From Callorhinchus milii (taxonomy: Eukaryota): 64,000 bases of DNA. Shown piece by piece: positions 1 to 12,589 of the stretch (position 1 is its first letter; the number at the start of each line of letters is the position of its first letter). A program made the translations under genes and the position numbers. The notes under the pieces were generated by a model. It did not search any database. It saw nothing but the letters and a program-made list of their open reading frames with translations, and was not told the origin of the DNA. The stretch is from the NCBI RefSeq assembly GCF_018977255.1, contig NW_024704743.1:83950001-84014000 (forward strand), read 5' to 3'.

Positions 1-149
1 TGAGTCAAATGGCCTCCTGTGCTGCATTCTGTGATTGACAGGTGAATTCACATCTGTTGTGGCATTGACCTGAAATATGTTTATTATTACACACTCGTTG
101 GGGTGGAGGTAAGCGGGGTCTCCTTGGAAGTGAACCGGCTCCAAGGTGA

Positions 150-336
150 CATGCTTCGTAACAGAATGTCGGAATTGAATCAGCCCACTTTACAGTCTTA
201 GTTGTCCGGTTGCTGAGCCAGGCCGGTCCACAGTATTCCAGGGCACTGCTGATGACAGGACAACAGCAGGACTTGGAAGGGCAGACCAGTCACTGGGGGC
301 AAGGATTCAACCCACTTAACTCCTGTTAACCCTGCG
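150..336 (+). mobile_element. Relic of an old, probably I-group (RNase H-type) LINE family
   Basis: cttggaagggcagaccagtcactgggggcaaggattc...cctgttaaccctgc aligns by eye with the reverse complements of 43020-43090 and 24200-24260. Confidence 0.45.
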
Positions 337-754
337 GGGGTGGGGGGAGGGGGGCGGAGTTGATGAGGATGGGGAAGTGTGTGATTGACACACTTGACTG
401 AAAACAAGGTCAAAAAGATAAGTCTTAAAAGGTTTTAAAGGTGAGGAGGGAGGAGGCCTTCGATGCATGAGAAATGTCTCAATTTCATTGCAAACGTCCA
501 TAAAAGAAAGTTTTTCTTACTTTGTATAGCTTTCACAATCCATGTGTTCTTGCATCCTATGTTGTTTTTTACATGGGGCATTGGCTCTATTTATTCAAAT
601 CAGGTTTTGTTCATCCTGCACCTCACTTTACATAATACTTTATAATACTATAGATTTATATTTTCTGTTTAAAATGTTGTGTAAATCTGCCTTCAGCAAG
701 ACCTCAGGAGCTATACATGACAAATTGATGTAATGGTCCACAGATATTGTCCAT

Positions 755-809
755 GTGGAGTTCTGTAGCTCAGTGGTTAGAGCATTCGCTTCACAAGCGA
801 GAGACTTGG
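755..809 (+). mobile_element. tRNA-derived SINE head fragment
   Basis: gtggagttctgtagctcagtggttagagcattcgc matches the head of full SINE copies such as 47549; contains an A-box. Confidence 0.8.
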
Positions 810-864
810 ATGGATATTTTATCCAATTGTGGGGCGGGAAGTGCAGGGGACCTTAAGCAGGCTG

Positions 865-1030
865 GTGTCTGCCAAGCATAAGGCGCGGACAGTCTGATAT
901 GGGGTTAAGAGGTCAGTGAGTAGCGGAAGCAAGACAATGGGGGGCTTTGAAGGTGAGAACGAGGATTTTGTACTTGATTCTCTGGGGGATGGGGAGCCAG
1001 TGAAGCTGGGCAAGAACATGGTTGATTGGG
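865..1030 (-). mobile_element. L2 LINE fragment
   Basis: Reverse strand reads like [21 protein letters not shown], the L2 ORF2 C-terminal region seen in other copies here. Confidence 0.75.
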
Positions 1031-1164
1031 TTCGCTGACCGTTGAGTGGGAGACGACACGAGCTGCAGGATGTAAGCAGCGAGATAGAGCATTGGCGTTG
1101 TCTGAGAATCAACAACAAAATCTTGCCTTCATATAACGCCCTTCACACAGGGTAGCATTCAGGA

Positions 1165-1484
1165 ATGAATCAAGATATATATACAAATCATGGAGCATCA
1201 ATATGGTATTGTGAAATCAGTAAATCATTCTCATAAATCTGATAAGAGTTCTTTGCCAGAACTGCTGACAGAACAGATAAATTGGATGAAAGGATCTAAG
1301 TAATATGGATTTTGGGGACGGGTATTTAATTACGTGCCACATACATATTGCTAGCTAAAACGAATGGACATGAAATTGAACACAGTATTGACAAATGGAC
1401 AGGAGAAAGTTTGGGAGGCAAGAATAAGAGAGTTGAGTTAAAAAGGACTCTCTTTGTTTGGCAGGCAGTGACAGTTGGTGTTTC
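1165..1484 (+). mobile_element. Decayed CR1 RT fragment, probably resuming at about 3100-3270
   Basis: Degenerate QHGF...NLIEFF...YMDF...WQAVTSGV relics collinear with the CR1 at 44600-44910. Confidence 0.6.
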
Positions 1485-1597
1485 AACAACAAAAACAACA
1501 TTAAAATTACATTTATATAGCGCCTTTCACGTCGGGAGGACGTCCACAACAACAACTTGCATTTATATAGCACCCCTCGTGCAGGGCAGCATTCGGG
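1485..1597 (-). mobile_element. Two tandem L2-type 3' tail-only insertions
   Basis: Two (caa)n tracts, each followed by catttatatag and part of the terminal stem-loop, in reverse orientation. Confidence 0.75.
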
Positions 1598-1639
1598 GGC
1601 ACTGTCTCCTGTAGCCCATGGGCTGATGCTGTCCCACTG

Positions 1640-3090
1640 ATCGCTCACTCACGGTCTCTGCATGTGCATTTTGGCTGCTGCCCCGACCCGAGCCGTTCCC
1701 TCTGAAAATGTTCCTGCTCCTACCATCCACACCGTGCTACTCCCGCTCTGTCCTTCTCTCCCACTGCCCTCCTTGCCTTCTCTCTCTCCTGGACCCCACC
1801 ATTACCTCCCGCTGCTCCAGCCTGGGCATCCTCTGCCTGGCCCATCATGGCTCCCAACATTGGTTGTCCCCGAGCAGCCACCCCAACTATCTCATTGCTC
1901 ACTCTCTTTGCACCAACCGCCTTCGAAAGGCAAACAACCCTTCCCCCTTCCTCATCCACACCCTCTCCAACTCTCCCAGCTCCTCAACTCCATGGTCATT
2001 TCTCCCCCATGACCCCAAATCGTCTCTAAACCACCCCCTTGATCTCATCATCACACATGGCCTTGATATTTCTGACCTATGGACAAGGCCATCTTGGACC
2101 ACTTCCTCATCTCCCTCTCCTCCCATATCACCCTCCCCTCTTCCAAGCCCTCCACCATTTTTTTCCGCCACTGGAAAAAGCTTCCCGCTGAGTCCCACAC
2201 AAATGTCTTCTCTTCCTCGAGCCTTCTCTTCCACTGGCCCACCACCCGTAGTGATCCTGATGTAACCATCAAGCTGCTAAACAACCTTCAATTCCCTGGC
2301 TCCCCAGAAATCCAGGGATGTTTCAAAATCTACCCACTCCCCCTGGTACAACAGTTATCTCCACTCACTTAAAACCAAACCCGGAAGCTCGAGCGCAGAT
2401 GGAAGAAATATTGCCTCACGATTCACTTCCATCTGTGGCTTAAGCACCTCCGCACCTACCGCCTCTCTCTTTCACAAGTCCATACTGACTTTTACTCCAA
2501 CGCCATCTGGAGGCCAGAAACAACCCAAAGACAATGTTTTTCACCGTCCATCACCTCCTCCGTACACCCACTCTAGCTCCCTCTATCCTCACATCAAACG
2601 GCAAGTTTGAAGAGGTCCCAGATTTCTCAAAGATTGAAAACATCCATTTGGCTGCATCATCCTCCCCCGCCATGACTCCTTCCACCCCACCCAGACCATC
2701 CACACCACCTACACCATGGCTCCTGCCACTCCCCCCAGCTTACACTCCTTTGCTCTCATTTCTCTCTGATCCCTCTCAACCACAATCACCCACATGAAGT
2801 TCACCACCTGCTGCTTCGACCCCCTCCCCACCCAGTTACTGGTCACTCAACTCCCCCTCCTCTCTCCCCTGCTGGCCGACATGGTCAACCAGTCTCCTCA
2901 GGCTCTGTTCCACTCCCCCTTAAAACCGCTGTTATCACACCCCTCCTCGGAAAATCCATCCTTGATCCGTCTAATTTCTCATACTAGTGTTCCATTTCCA
3001 ACCTACCCTTCCTTGTTAAAGTCCTGGAACACATTGTTGCAGGTCAACTTCGGTCACACCTTTCCCTCCACTCCCTCCTCGAGTTCCAGC
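1640..3090 (+). mobile_element. L2 LINE, endonuclease-to-RT segment, decayed and lacking the 3' end
   Basis: HPLDLIITHGLDIS, DKAILDHFLIS and TTCCFDPLPTQLL motifs, collinear with 13296-14550; frameshifts present. Confidence 0.85.
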
Positions 3091-4789
3091 AGTCTTGTAT
3101 TTCCTAGGCTACCTTTAAGCTTAGACGTGTTTTAAATTGTGAAGAGGACAGCAGAAATTTCCAGTGGGCGATAAACAGATTAAGCAAGGCAGAACTGCTG
3201 CACATGGAGTGTAGTAGAGCAAAGCGTGAAGTTGTACACTATGGACAATATAATTCTATAGAATATAAAATGACATTTCTAAAGAGCCTTCCATGTCGGG
3301 AGGATGCCCCAAGGCACTGAACAGTCATGGATTAGGGAATAGGACCTGAGCGAGGGGGGTTGGGATCAGGGAGGGTGGATGGCAGAGAGGGTAGGAGAGT
3401 GGCTGAAGGTATGGTCGACAAGCAGGTTGTCTTAGCATCCCAGAATTTAAAAGAAAGCTGTTTTCAGCATTCTACCAATTTAAACTCTTCCATTCAGCTC
3501 TACCAGCGCTTTGAGACATCCTCTTAAGTGAAAGGCGCTATACAAATGTAATTTTGTTGTTGTAAATGTTTTGAGAATTTTGAGTCTGGCTTTCACATAT
3601 TCATGTAGAGAAGGTTCATTTATCTATGGTATTGAAACATTGTGTCATTGTGTCATGTTTATGCACATGAACAAATACGTTTTCACAATCTTTGTCTCAA
3701 AAGTACTATTTTCGTGTTTTTACTCCTCATTTGACAGTTACACATCCCTTTTCCCACATAATTGCAGCAGACAGAGCAAGGCCGTTAGATAAAGAGAAGA
3801 CAGAAACTACTCATTACTAACAAGGTTACAAAAGTTATATAAAGTACAAGCATCAGGAAATTTTCACTTAAATGTATAGCAACACAAATGTTCAATAATT
3901 TTCCTTTATAGGCAAAATGCATATCAGTACAACAGCACAGCCACAATGCATCGGAAACAACTTAGGTCAAGCATCAATTTAGCTTAAACGCTTTGGAACG
4001 ATAGTCGATGTAAAGAGCAATTTTTGTTTACCTCTTTCTATACAGTCTATCATGCAGCCCAATGGTCACCCTCTCATTTCTCCAACCATTTTTTTTTACA
4101 TTTTTAAACCAAGATTTAGTGAGTGGTGATAATTAAGGAATGGCTCTCAATTTGCAGATGATCATAATGCACTGATTTCACAGTGCACATTTCACCCTTA
4201 ACATTACTATTAAGTCTTAATTTGTCAGAATTCCAGTGCCCATTATTTTGACACCAAATAGTCTGTAGCTTTAATTCATACGCTTTTCCTTTTCTAGTAC
4301 TTCCAGAGGGTAGCACTGAAAGTGACAGGAGTGAAATGGAACAATATGGTTGTGGAAATTTATGTCCTAAAGGAATGATGTGGAATTGTTCTTTTTACAG
4401 TGTGTCACTTTAGATTGAAATGGTTGCTTCATTTCACCCTAACAAACAAACTGTCTTTGCATTAAATTAGATAAATGTCATTAACTTGGCTTTCTTGTGG
4501 GTAAGCTAGATGGAAATGAATTAATCAAGCTTGAAGTTCAATCTGGTGCTGTGATCGAAGAAGATCATAAAATAAAGAACAAAGTAGTCACTGATGCCTC
4601 ATGCCCGTTTCATCCAAATAGACATGTAGAATCTCAATGTCATGCACTCTCTCCAACTTATTTTATCTTCGAAATGAAGTAAAACCTGGCAACCTTTCCA
4701 GAAAGATAAGCTCTCTAAACCGTTGACACTTCTCAATAGCTTTGTATCTTCATTTCAAAATCTTTTCCCTATGTTATAGCTTCACCACC

Positions 4790-5643
4790 AGATGAACTTC
4801 CTTCAGCTAAATGTTGATAAGATGGAAGCCATTTTCTTTGGCTTTCGTCAACATCTTAAATCACATGGTTCTCACCTCCTCCACCTACCCAACCTCCCCC
4901 TAAAACTCTTCGAACCCGTACGCAACCTAGGCGTCAGGTTCAACCCCCAATTATCCTTCCTCCCCCACATCCGGTCCCTCACCAGCACCGCCTTCTTCCA
5001 CCTCCGACGCATTGCCCATCTCCGCTAATACCTCATCCCAAAAGCCGCCGAAACCCTCGTCCATGCCTTTGTCACCTCTCAGCTGGACTATTTTAATGCC
5101 CTCCTCGCCGGTCTCCCCTCCGCTACCATTCATAAAATCCATGTCATCCAGAACTCGGCCGCCCACATTCTTACCCACACCAAACTCCGCTCCCCGATTA
5201 CCCCAGTCCTTGCCAGACTGCACTGGCTGCCTGTCCCAGAGAAGATCAACTTCAAGATCCTCACTCTTTTCTTCAAATCCCTCCACTCCTCTGTCATCCC
5301 CTACCTCTCTGACTTCCTCTCTCTTCACAACAGTGCCCGTTGTCTTCGTTCCACTGGGTCTGGCCTCCGCCTTGTCCCCCAAATCCTCCGCTCCACCATC
5401 AGCGGCCGTGCCTTCAGCCACTATGCCCCAAGGCTCTGCAACTCCCTTCCTCACTCCCTTCGCCTCGTCCCCTCTCTTCCTATTTTCAGGTCTCGGCTGA
5501 AGACCTTTCTTTTCGACCGTGCCTTTGGTCACCTTCTTCCCCCTCCCCCTGGCTCGGCCCCGGGATCCGTTACTGTGAAGCGCTTTGAGACGCCGTCCGG
5601 CGTGGAGGGCACTATATAAATCCAAGTTGTTGTTGTTGTTGTT
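4790..5643 (+). mobile_element. L2 LINE 3' fragment (subfamily b tail)
   Basis: NFLQLNVDKMEAI, VRNLGVRF, LHWLP motifs; terminal stem-loop and (gtt)n tail; highly similar to 15070-15928. Confidence 0.95.
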
Positions 5644-7319
5644 CACGCAGAGACACATGTGGCGTTCCTCTGGGCTCTGTCCTCCTCTTTCTTGGTGACA
5701 TAATTCACAGACAAGACCACATGAATGCAGGTGACACCCAAATCTAAATCTCTTTCTGCACCCTTGGACTCCAGAACTGCTGTTCTGATCAATTGCCTGT
5801 CAGACATCAAGTTCTGGATGAACTCTAATTTTCTTCAGTTAAACGTAGAACTAACTAAGGCACTGTTGCTTGACTCCTAACAGTGCCTTCTCACCATTCA
5901 GATTTTCTAACCTCCACAACATTCCCCGCCTCTGTCATTACCTCTCCCCCAAGTCACCAAGCCCCTTTATACATATGTTCAACACATCCTATTCTTCCCC
6001 ACCGTTGACATTTAGGCTTTCTGCCATTCTACCTCCACCTCTGGAACTCCAACCCGGAGTCCCTCTATCTCGCTCCCTCTCTCACAATGTTCAAAGATCG
6101 TCGCAGATTGGAAGATTACAAGATTACACGATTGGTTTGACTAAAGAAGGCCCTTAGGCCCGTTTAATCTCAGATCCAGAATGAGAATCCCTACTGTCTT
6201 CCCAACACATCATGAGGTTTTTTTAAATGAACACTGCAAATGTTCAAGGACGATGCAACCTCGTTCTCAGGGTGCAACTGGGAAGCGTCGCTCGGGCTAA
6301 TTGGTACTCTGAACAAGCCGCAAAGTCACATGCATTTGTACATGGCTTTTGTCCACCTCCAGCTGAGAAAAAAGCTGCTGGTGTCAAAAAACGTGAGAAT
6401 TTCCTTTAACCACTTGAGACAAGCACTATGATTCATTTTATTCTTCAACGTGTATCAGGAAGTTCATTTATATCAGTTCTTATTGGAAAGAGAAGCTTGT
6501 GTTGGAAACATTTCTGACAACTTTGTTAGGATCTTGCTAGGATGGAGTGTAGGGGACAGTAACTAGAGGACCTTCACCTGCATTGTTCTAGACATCCAGT
6601 TATATTCATAAGCAATTCATATATTCATGGATTTGCTGAAGCTATGTAGCTTTGCCAAGCTATGGAGGCCAATGTAATTGAAAAGTTCATAATTACAATA
6701 AATTAAATAAACATGCTCAAGAATGGCTGATTCATTTTACGGGGCACAAGATCAAAGTTATGAGGAAATGCTCAAAAGACAGAAATTTTCTTTGGAGCAA
6801 AATAGAAATTTGACTGGCACGTCTAGCTGGTTGGAACTGTGAGAGATAGCGTTAATAAAATAATAATCATTGCATTCAATATAGCACCTTTCCTATCAGG
6901 AGGATGTCTCTAAGGGCTTCACGGGACTTATTATAAAATGTAGTGACTGTGTATCAATATAGAGCCTTTCACATTGAAAGGCCAATTCACAGAGCTTCAC
7001 AGGATTTTATTGTGAGGTGTATTGACTGTGTGTTTTATAGGCAAAGGCAGCAATCAAATTACTCACAGCAAATATCCCTCAAACAGCCATGAAATGAATG
7101 ACCAATTTTATTTGTGGGATTGTCGGCCAAGAAGGGAGAAACTGCCTTTTCTATTGACATTGACATGAGCATAATTTAATAATGGAATTTGAAAATAGAC
7201 AGCATTAGCAGGGCTTGATTTGAGATAAAATATTACACGATTTTAGGCTCCACAAAATAGTCCACATGGAATAGACTCACAGAATAGGTAATTAGTGCTA
7301 ACTGCTGTAAAAGAGTTGA

Positions 7320-7718
7320 ATAAGTAAGTGATTTAAAATAGGATTGAAGTTTATAAGGATAGACACAGATGATAGGCACTATAGGGGCAATTAATAGCTG
7401 ACTTGAATACTGAAAGAAAATATGCAATAATTATAATACTTGTAAGTTCAGTGCTTCCTGACTCTGTGGGCGCTCACTGTGTGTGGGACGTTGCCTTTTC
7501 CTGGGCCTCTCTATACTGTGTGCTCCATGTTTTCAGATCTTGTTATTGTGCATCTTTGCCACAAACTCCAGGACCCTCATCTTGGAGGTCTCTCTGAAAG
7601 CTCGGGCTCCACAGCGAAATTCATACTTCACAGGGACTGTGTGTGCCACACGGATACAGTACAGGTAATTCTGTTTAACAAACTCCTCTATGATTAGTTT
7701 CTTCACATCTCCAAATTC
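7320..7718 (-). pseudogene. NSMCE3: Processed (intronless) fragment of a MAGE-family / NSMCE3 (Nse3, necdin-like 2) mRNA: C-terminal MAGE domain, stop codon and probable partial 3' UTR
   Basis: Minus strand from 7718 translates [59 protein letters not shown], then after a 1-nt frameshift near 7540 [21 protein letters not shown] (TGA at 7476-7474). This matches the MAGE winged-helix B signature FGDxKKLIxxEFVxQxYLxY...YEFxWGxR...ETSKMKVLxFVAK...DPxxWxxQYxEA. Flanked by the direct repeat taaaagagttga at 7308-7319 and 7719-7730. Confidence 0.92.
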
Positions 7719-8194
7719 TAAAAGAGTTGAGGTGCGCCTTTAGTACATTAGCCCCCTCAGGAGATGCAGTGGTTAGGAAGAGCCCAACATTGATAAAGTG
7801 GACTACAGGATAAATCCTATTAGAAAGTACCTCCTTATAACATGAGTTTACTTATAGTGTGATTGGGTTATGGACCTTGATGTTTTGTTATTTAAAATTC
7901 AAAATGATGTCATCTCACTTCAAATTGTGCTTCAAAACCTATTGTTGTGCTTCAAAATGTTTGACTTGTTTCAAATTCTGTCTTCAAATTTCACATGCTT
8001 GTAGATTAAAAATTTTGGGCTCTACCTTTCCTGCTGACATACTAACTTAATTGCAAGCTTGACCCGTAAACTATCTGGACATCACCCTGACTGGACTGTG
8101 GATTATTTAACTATTTCTGTAATTCATTCTACTTGAATTCTTATCAAGGAAGCAATTCAAATGAACCTTCAAGGTCTTAGGTACAAGTTCTTCA

Positions 8195-8540
8195 ATGTGT
8201 CAGCTTGGCTGAGTCAGAAGGTTGTAGAGTCAAGCTCCACGTCGGAACTTGAACTCACATATTCTGAGAGTTGCCATTCCAATGCAGTGCTGCGGGGGGA
8301 GGGGGCGAGGGGGCTGGGGGGTGGGGGATAGTGTTGATGCATCAGAGATGCCATTCTTTGAATCAGATATTAAAACTGAGGTCCCACCTGCCTGTTCAGG
8401 TGGACCCCAAGGCACTGCTTGAAAATAGAGAAAGGAGTTTCTCCCATTGCCCTGGGCAACAATCCTCCAAATAAAATTGGTAATTAATTCATGGCTGTTT
8501 GTGGGACATTGCTGTGTGCAAATTGGCTGCCTTGTTTCCC
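8195..8540 (+). mobile_element. Old Deu-domain SINE (AmnSINE/SacSINE-like) relic
   Basis: gagtcagaaggttgtagagtcaag head, gagatgccattc...aaaactgaggtccc and gctgtttgtgggacattgctgtgtgcaaattggctgc Deu-type core. Confidence 0.75.
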
Positions 8541-10053
8541 TGTCCACTGGTACTGTTCCCACCCTATAAAAAAACGCTGTCATCCTTAAAAAACTCTCCC
8601 TGGACCCATCTCTACCCCCAAACTACCACCCCATCTCCAACCTCCCTTTCCACTCCAAGGTCCTGGAATGGGTTGTTGCTTCGCAGTTTCGCTCCTTCTC
8701 TCCCGCCACTCCCTTCACAAACCCCTCCAATCGGGTTTCCGTTCCGCCCACAGCACAGAAACAGCCCTGGTCAAAGTGACAAATTATATTCTGTACATCT
8801 GTGACCAAGGCTCCCTCTGCCTCCTTGTCCTCCTTGACCTCTCTGCTGCCTTCGACACTGTCGACCACTATATCCTCATCCACTGCCTCTCCTCAACCTT
8901 CACGGCTCTGTCCATTAGTGGTTCAGATCATACCTCTTACACCCCCTCCACTTCATCTCCACAAACAGCTTCTCCTCTAGCCTCCACACCATCTCATGTG
9001 GGATTCCTCAGGGCTCTGTCCTTGGTCCCCTCCTCTTCAATATCTATATGCTCCCTCTTGGTGACATCATCTGCAGACATGGGGTCAACTTCCACATGAA
9101 TGCGGATGATACTCAACGCTGCCTCCATCCTTGACTCCAGGACCACTGCTGTCTTGACAAAATGTCTGTCAGACATCAAGTCCTGGATGAGAGCTAATTT
9201 TCTTCAGTTGTACATCAACAAGACCGAGGCTCTCCTGTTTGGCTCCGGTCAGTGCCTCCTCACCTCAGGCGCTGACAGCATCACCATCCATGGTTGCACC
9301 CTCCACCTTGCTAAGCCAGTCCAGAATCTTGGGGTCTTGTTTGACCCTCAACTATCCTTTCTACCCCACATTTGTGCCATGACCTGCTCTGTCTTCCCCA
9401 CCTCTGCAACATCGCCCGGCTCCGCCGCTGTGTCACACTGCAGGCCGCCGAAAGCCGCATACATGGTTTCATTACATCGACCCTTGACTATGCAAACTCC
9501 TTGCTTGTCGACTTCCCCAACTCCTCCCTCCATAGGCTGCAAATCATCCAGAACTCTGCAGCCCGTGTCCTCTCCCACACCAGGCTCCATGACCCTATCA
9601 CACCCATCCTCGCCTGACTCCACTGTCTTCCCATCAGACAGAGGATACAGACCTGGTCCTCACCTTCAAAGCCCTCCATGGTCTTACTCCCCCCCCGCTT
9701 CTGTGACCTCCTAACCCCCTACCATCCTGCTCACTCCCTTTGCTCAGCGGGCTCCGCCTGCTTCACATTCCCCGCTTGCTACCCCCACTATTAGCTGGGG
9801 GGGGGAGGGCTTCTACCACTATGCCCCGACCCTCTGGAACTCCATCCTACAGTTCCCCCCGCCTCGCCCTTGCTTCCTTCAAGACCCATTTCAAGACCCT
9901 CCTCTTCGAACGGGCTTTCGAACTTCCTGCTTCCCCCCTGTCCTCCACTCTCCCCGATCCCGACCCCAGCTCGGGTCTGAAACTCAGTCCAGCACCTTGG
10001 GACATTCTCCTGACGTGAAAGGCGCTATACACATGTAATTTTTTTGTTGTTGT
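8541..10053 (+). mobile_element. L2 LINE RT and 3' end, decayed
   Basis: [46 protein letters not shown] motifs; stem-loop and (gtt)n tail. Confidence 0.93.
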
Positions 10054-11617
10054 TTGTTTGCCACAAATACACAGCTATTCCACTTTGTAGTAAATCTTGT
10101 GATTTGGGACATTCTCCAGAAGTGAAAGATTCTTTATCAGGTAGAACAGGCCACAAGTAAGTCGTGGAAGAGGCCAGGATGTTGGGACTGAATGAAAACT
10201 CTTGAATGTCAAATGAAAAACTTGTGAATCATATCACATGGGCAGAAAAGAATACTTGTCTGAGTAAAATTATCATTGGTACACTATATGGAAGTGATGC
10301 AGAATATCATTAATAAATGCCAACAACATTATGAGCCACAGTAAAGATTGAAGACAAAGACATTCACTTGCCCATTTGCTTCAGCTGCAATGTGTCTCCT
10401 CTTTTTAACATTGAATACAAGATTTGAGACATTCTCCTGATGGGAAAAGTGCCATATAAAAATAGATAGTATTGTACTCTATGTGGAGTGACATGAATGA
10501 AAAATGTTAATTTTGTCAAATACCAATCAGATAATGGCACTTCAGCATCATCAACCACCACAACAACAACTTGCATTTATATGGTGCCCTTCAAGTGGGG
10601 TAGCTTCCAGGAATGCTTAAGGAAAAGAGAGGCAGGGAGAGAAATGAGAGGGAGTAAAGGCAGACTCTTCCCCCCCCCCCCCCCCACCCCTCCCTCCATA
10701 CAATGAATTGCACAGTTATGGTGCTGTGGGCACATTCTTGCTGCCCTCATTGATTTCTCCATTATTATTAACATTTCTAAGCAAGTGGACAGCCCCAATG
10801 GTGCAATGGACAGAGCTGCAGCTACAGACCAGTGGTTTGTTGGTTCAAATCTGGGTTCTTACTGAGTTTTCTGGTTTGCCAGGGCCTCATTGGGAAGAGG
10901 AGGAAAGGGAAGGCTAAATTGGCTTTGGGAAAGTTAAATTGGTCCAGGACTTACCAGGAAAATGTAGGGAGATTAAAAACAGCCATGGTTACTAGTTCTC
11001 TTCAGCACCTCCTCCTAATCGTGTGCATCCTTGGGACGTCCTCCCGACGTGAAAGGCGCTCTATAAATGGAATCTTGTTGTTGTTGTTGCATGTGTGGCA
11101 GCTGGGTGAGGAGAGGCCAGTTTGCTGTGATCGCCTCTACAGTTGAGTGACCTGCTAACACTCACTTCCAATGCTCTCATATGAGTAATAACCATTTTGG
11201 ATGCAGCCACTGACTGTAGACCCAAATCCCAGTAAGAGGAACCTGCAGACCAGGAGCAGAGAGGTACAGTATATTGCAATGGGAGGAAAATGCAAATGGA
11301 TAACATTAACTTAACAGATAAAACATGCTAGGTGAAATGAAATATTCTTTCGATATCAACAAAAATCTGGCCTTGGGCCATGTATTTTATTGAGCAATTG
11401 CCCAATGTTAAAAAGGGATTTAATTCTGCAGTACTACAAAGTACCTTCACACAGCCTGTTAAATTTAAACCACTTCACATAATGTGCCTATAAAATATAT
11501 AGTACAATATGTCCCTCATGTATTAAACAACACGAAGAGTGCAAGGAATCGTTCTGTGATAAGTGGGTAACACGATTTCCATAAGAAACAGATATGATTG
11601 TGGAGGAGCAACTAGAC

Positions 11618-12555
11618 CAGTGGTGGCTAACCAGCGGCAGCATGCTACAAGGTGACACGCCCTTGGTAGTGGCATATGAGGGGCAGCGAGGGAGGGAAGG
11701 GAGAACTTCTTGAAGACTGCAAGCTCCTTCAAGACAAAGACTGGCTCAGTGACCTTGCGTTCTTTGCAGACATTATCACTCATCTTAAGAACCTCAATGT
11801 AAGCTTGCAAGAAAAGGATTGCCTTTTTCCAATTCTGTTTAATTTAATTTCAGCTTTCAAGGCCAAACTTAACCTTTTTTGAATATTTTGTCTCAAAAAA
11901 AAATGGATCTCTTCATCCACTTGTCAACGGTTACAAAGTGACAGTAACGTCATCATTAATTTTGAAAAATATTAGAACACGATTTCTTCACTAATTAATT
12001 CCCGTTTTCAAGATTTTAAAGAAGCTAAAGACAATATAATACTTTTCACCCACCCTTTCTCTCTTTCAAACACCGAGGTTGAACATTATTCATCAGAAAT
12101 GCAGTTGGAAATTGTGGAACTTAAAAATCATTCAAAGAACTGTGTGCTTCTCCAGTAAGCAAGGACTTCAAGTCACTTTGGAAATTTGTCCCTAAGAGTT
12201 ACTTTTCTAAAATATATGGCCACAGTCTTCGATATGTGTGCAGATTCGGATCAAGCTACACCTGTGAGCAATCCACCATGAATTTAATAAAAAATAAATG
12301 CTGTTCCAAACTAACAGATGATCACCTTAATAATCTTCTTCTACTGGCGTGCTCAAAACTGAATCCAAATATTGAAGATATTATGAACCAAGAACAAATT
12401 CAGAAGCCTCATCAAGTAACTTGGTTGATATTTTATTGTGAATTTCTTAATAAATGCATCTTCCAGTATTATTTTTTTAATTTTTTTTTAGTGGCACAGC
12501 GATATGTATTGAGCTCACACTGTGGCACACGTTAGCAAAAGGTTGGCAATTACTG
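11618..12555 (+). mobile_element. Internally deleted hAT DNA transposon (Buster/Charlie/SPIN-like, GTF2IRD2-type transposase C-terminus)
   Basis: WLSDLAFFADIITHLKNLNVSLQ and FGSSYTCEQ...KLTDDHL (hAT dimerisation domain); imperfect TIRs cagtggtggctaacc / ggttggcaattactg; flanking 8-mers aactagac / gccaagac as a degenerate TSD. Confidence 0.88.
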
Positions 12556-12589
12556 GCCAAGACTAACAAGAGATTTGGGGAATGCATTG

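Noticed and set aside
4951..5658. Longest ORF (235 aa, minus) and similar Gly/Glu-rich or Pro/Ser-rich ORFs
   Set aside because: Antisense or off-frame readings of C-rich L2 sequence, not genes.
6200..6430. CpG-containing unique stretch with short ORFs
   Set aside because: No recognisable protein motif and no consistent splice pair.
7403..7697. Three overlapping plus-strand ORFs in the track
   Set aside because: They are antisense shadows of the minus-strand MAGE reading frame.
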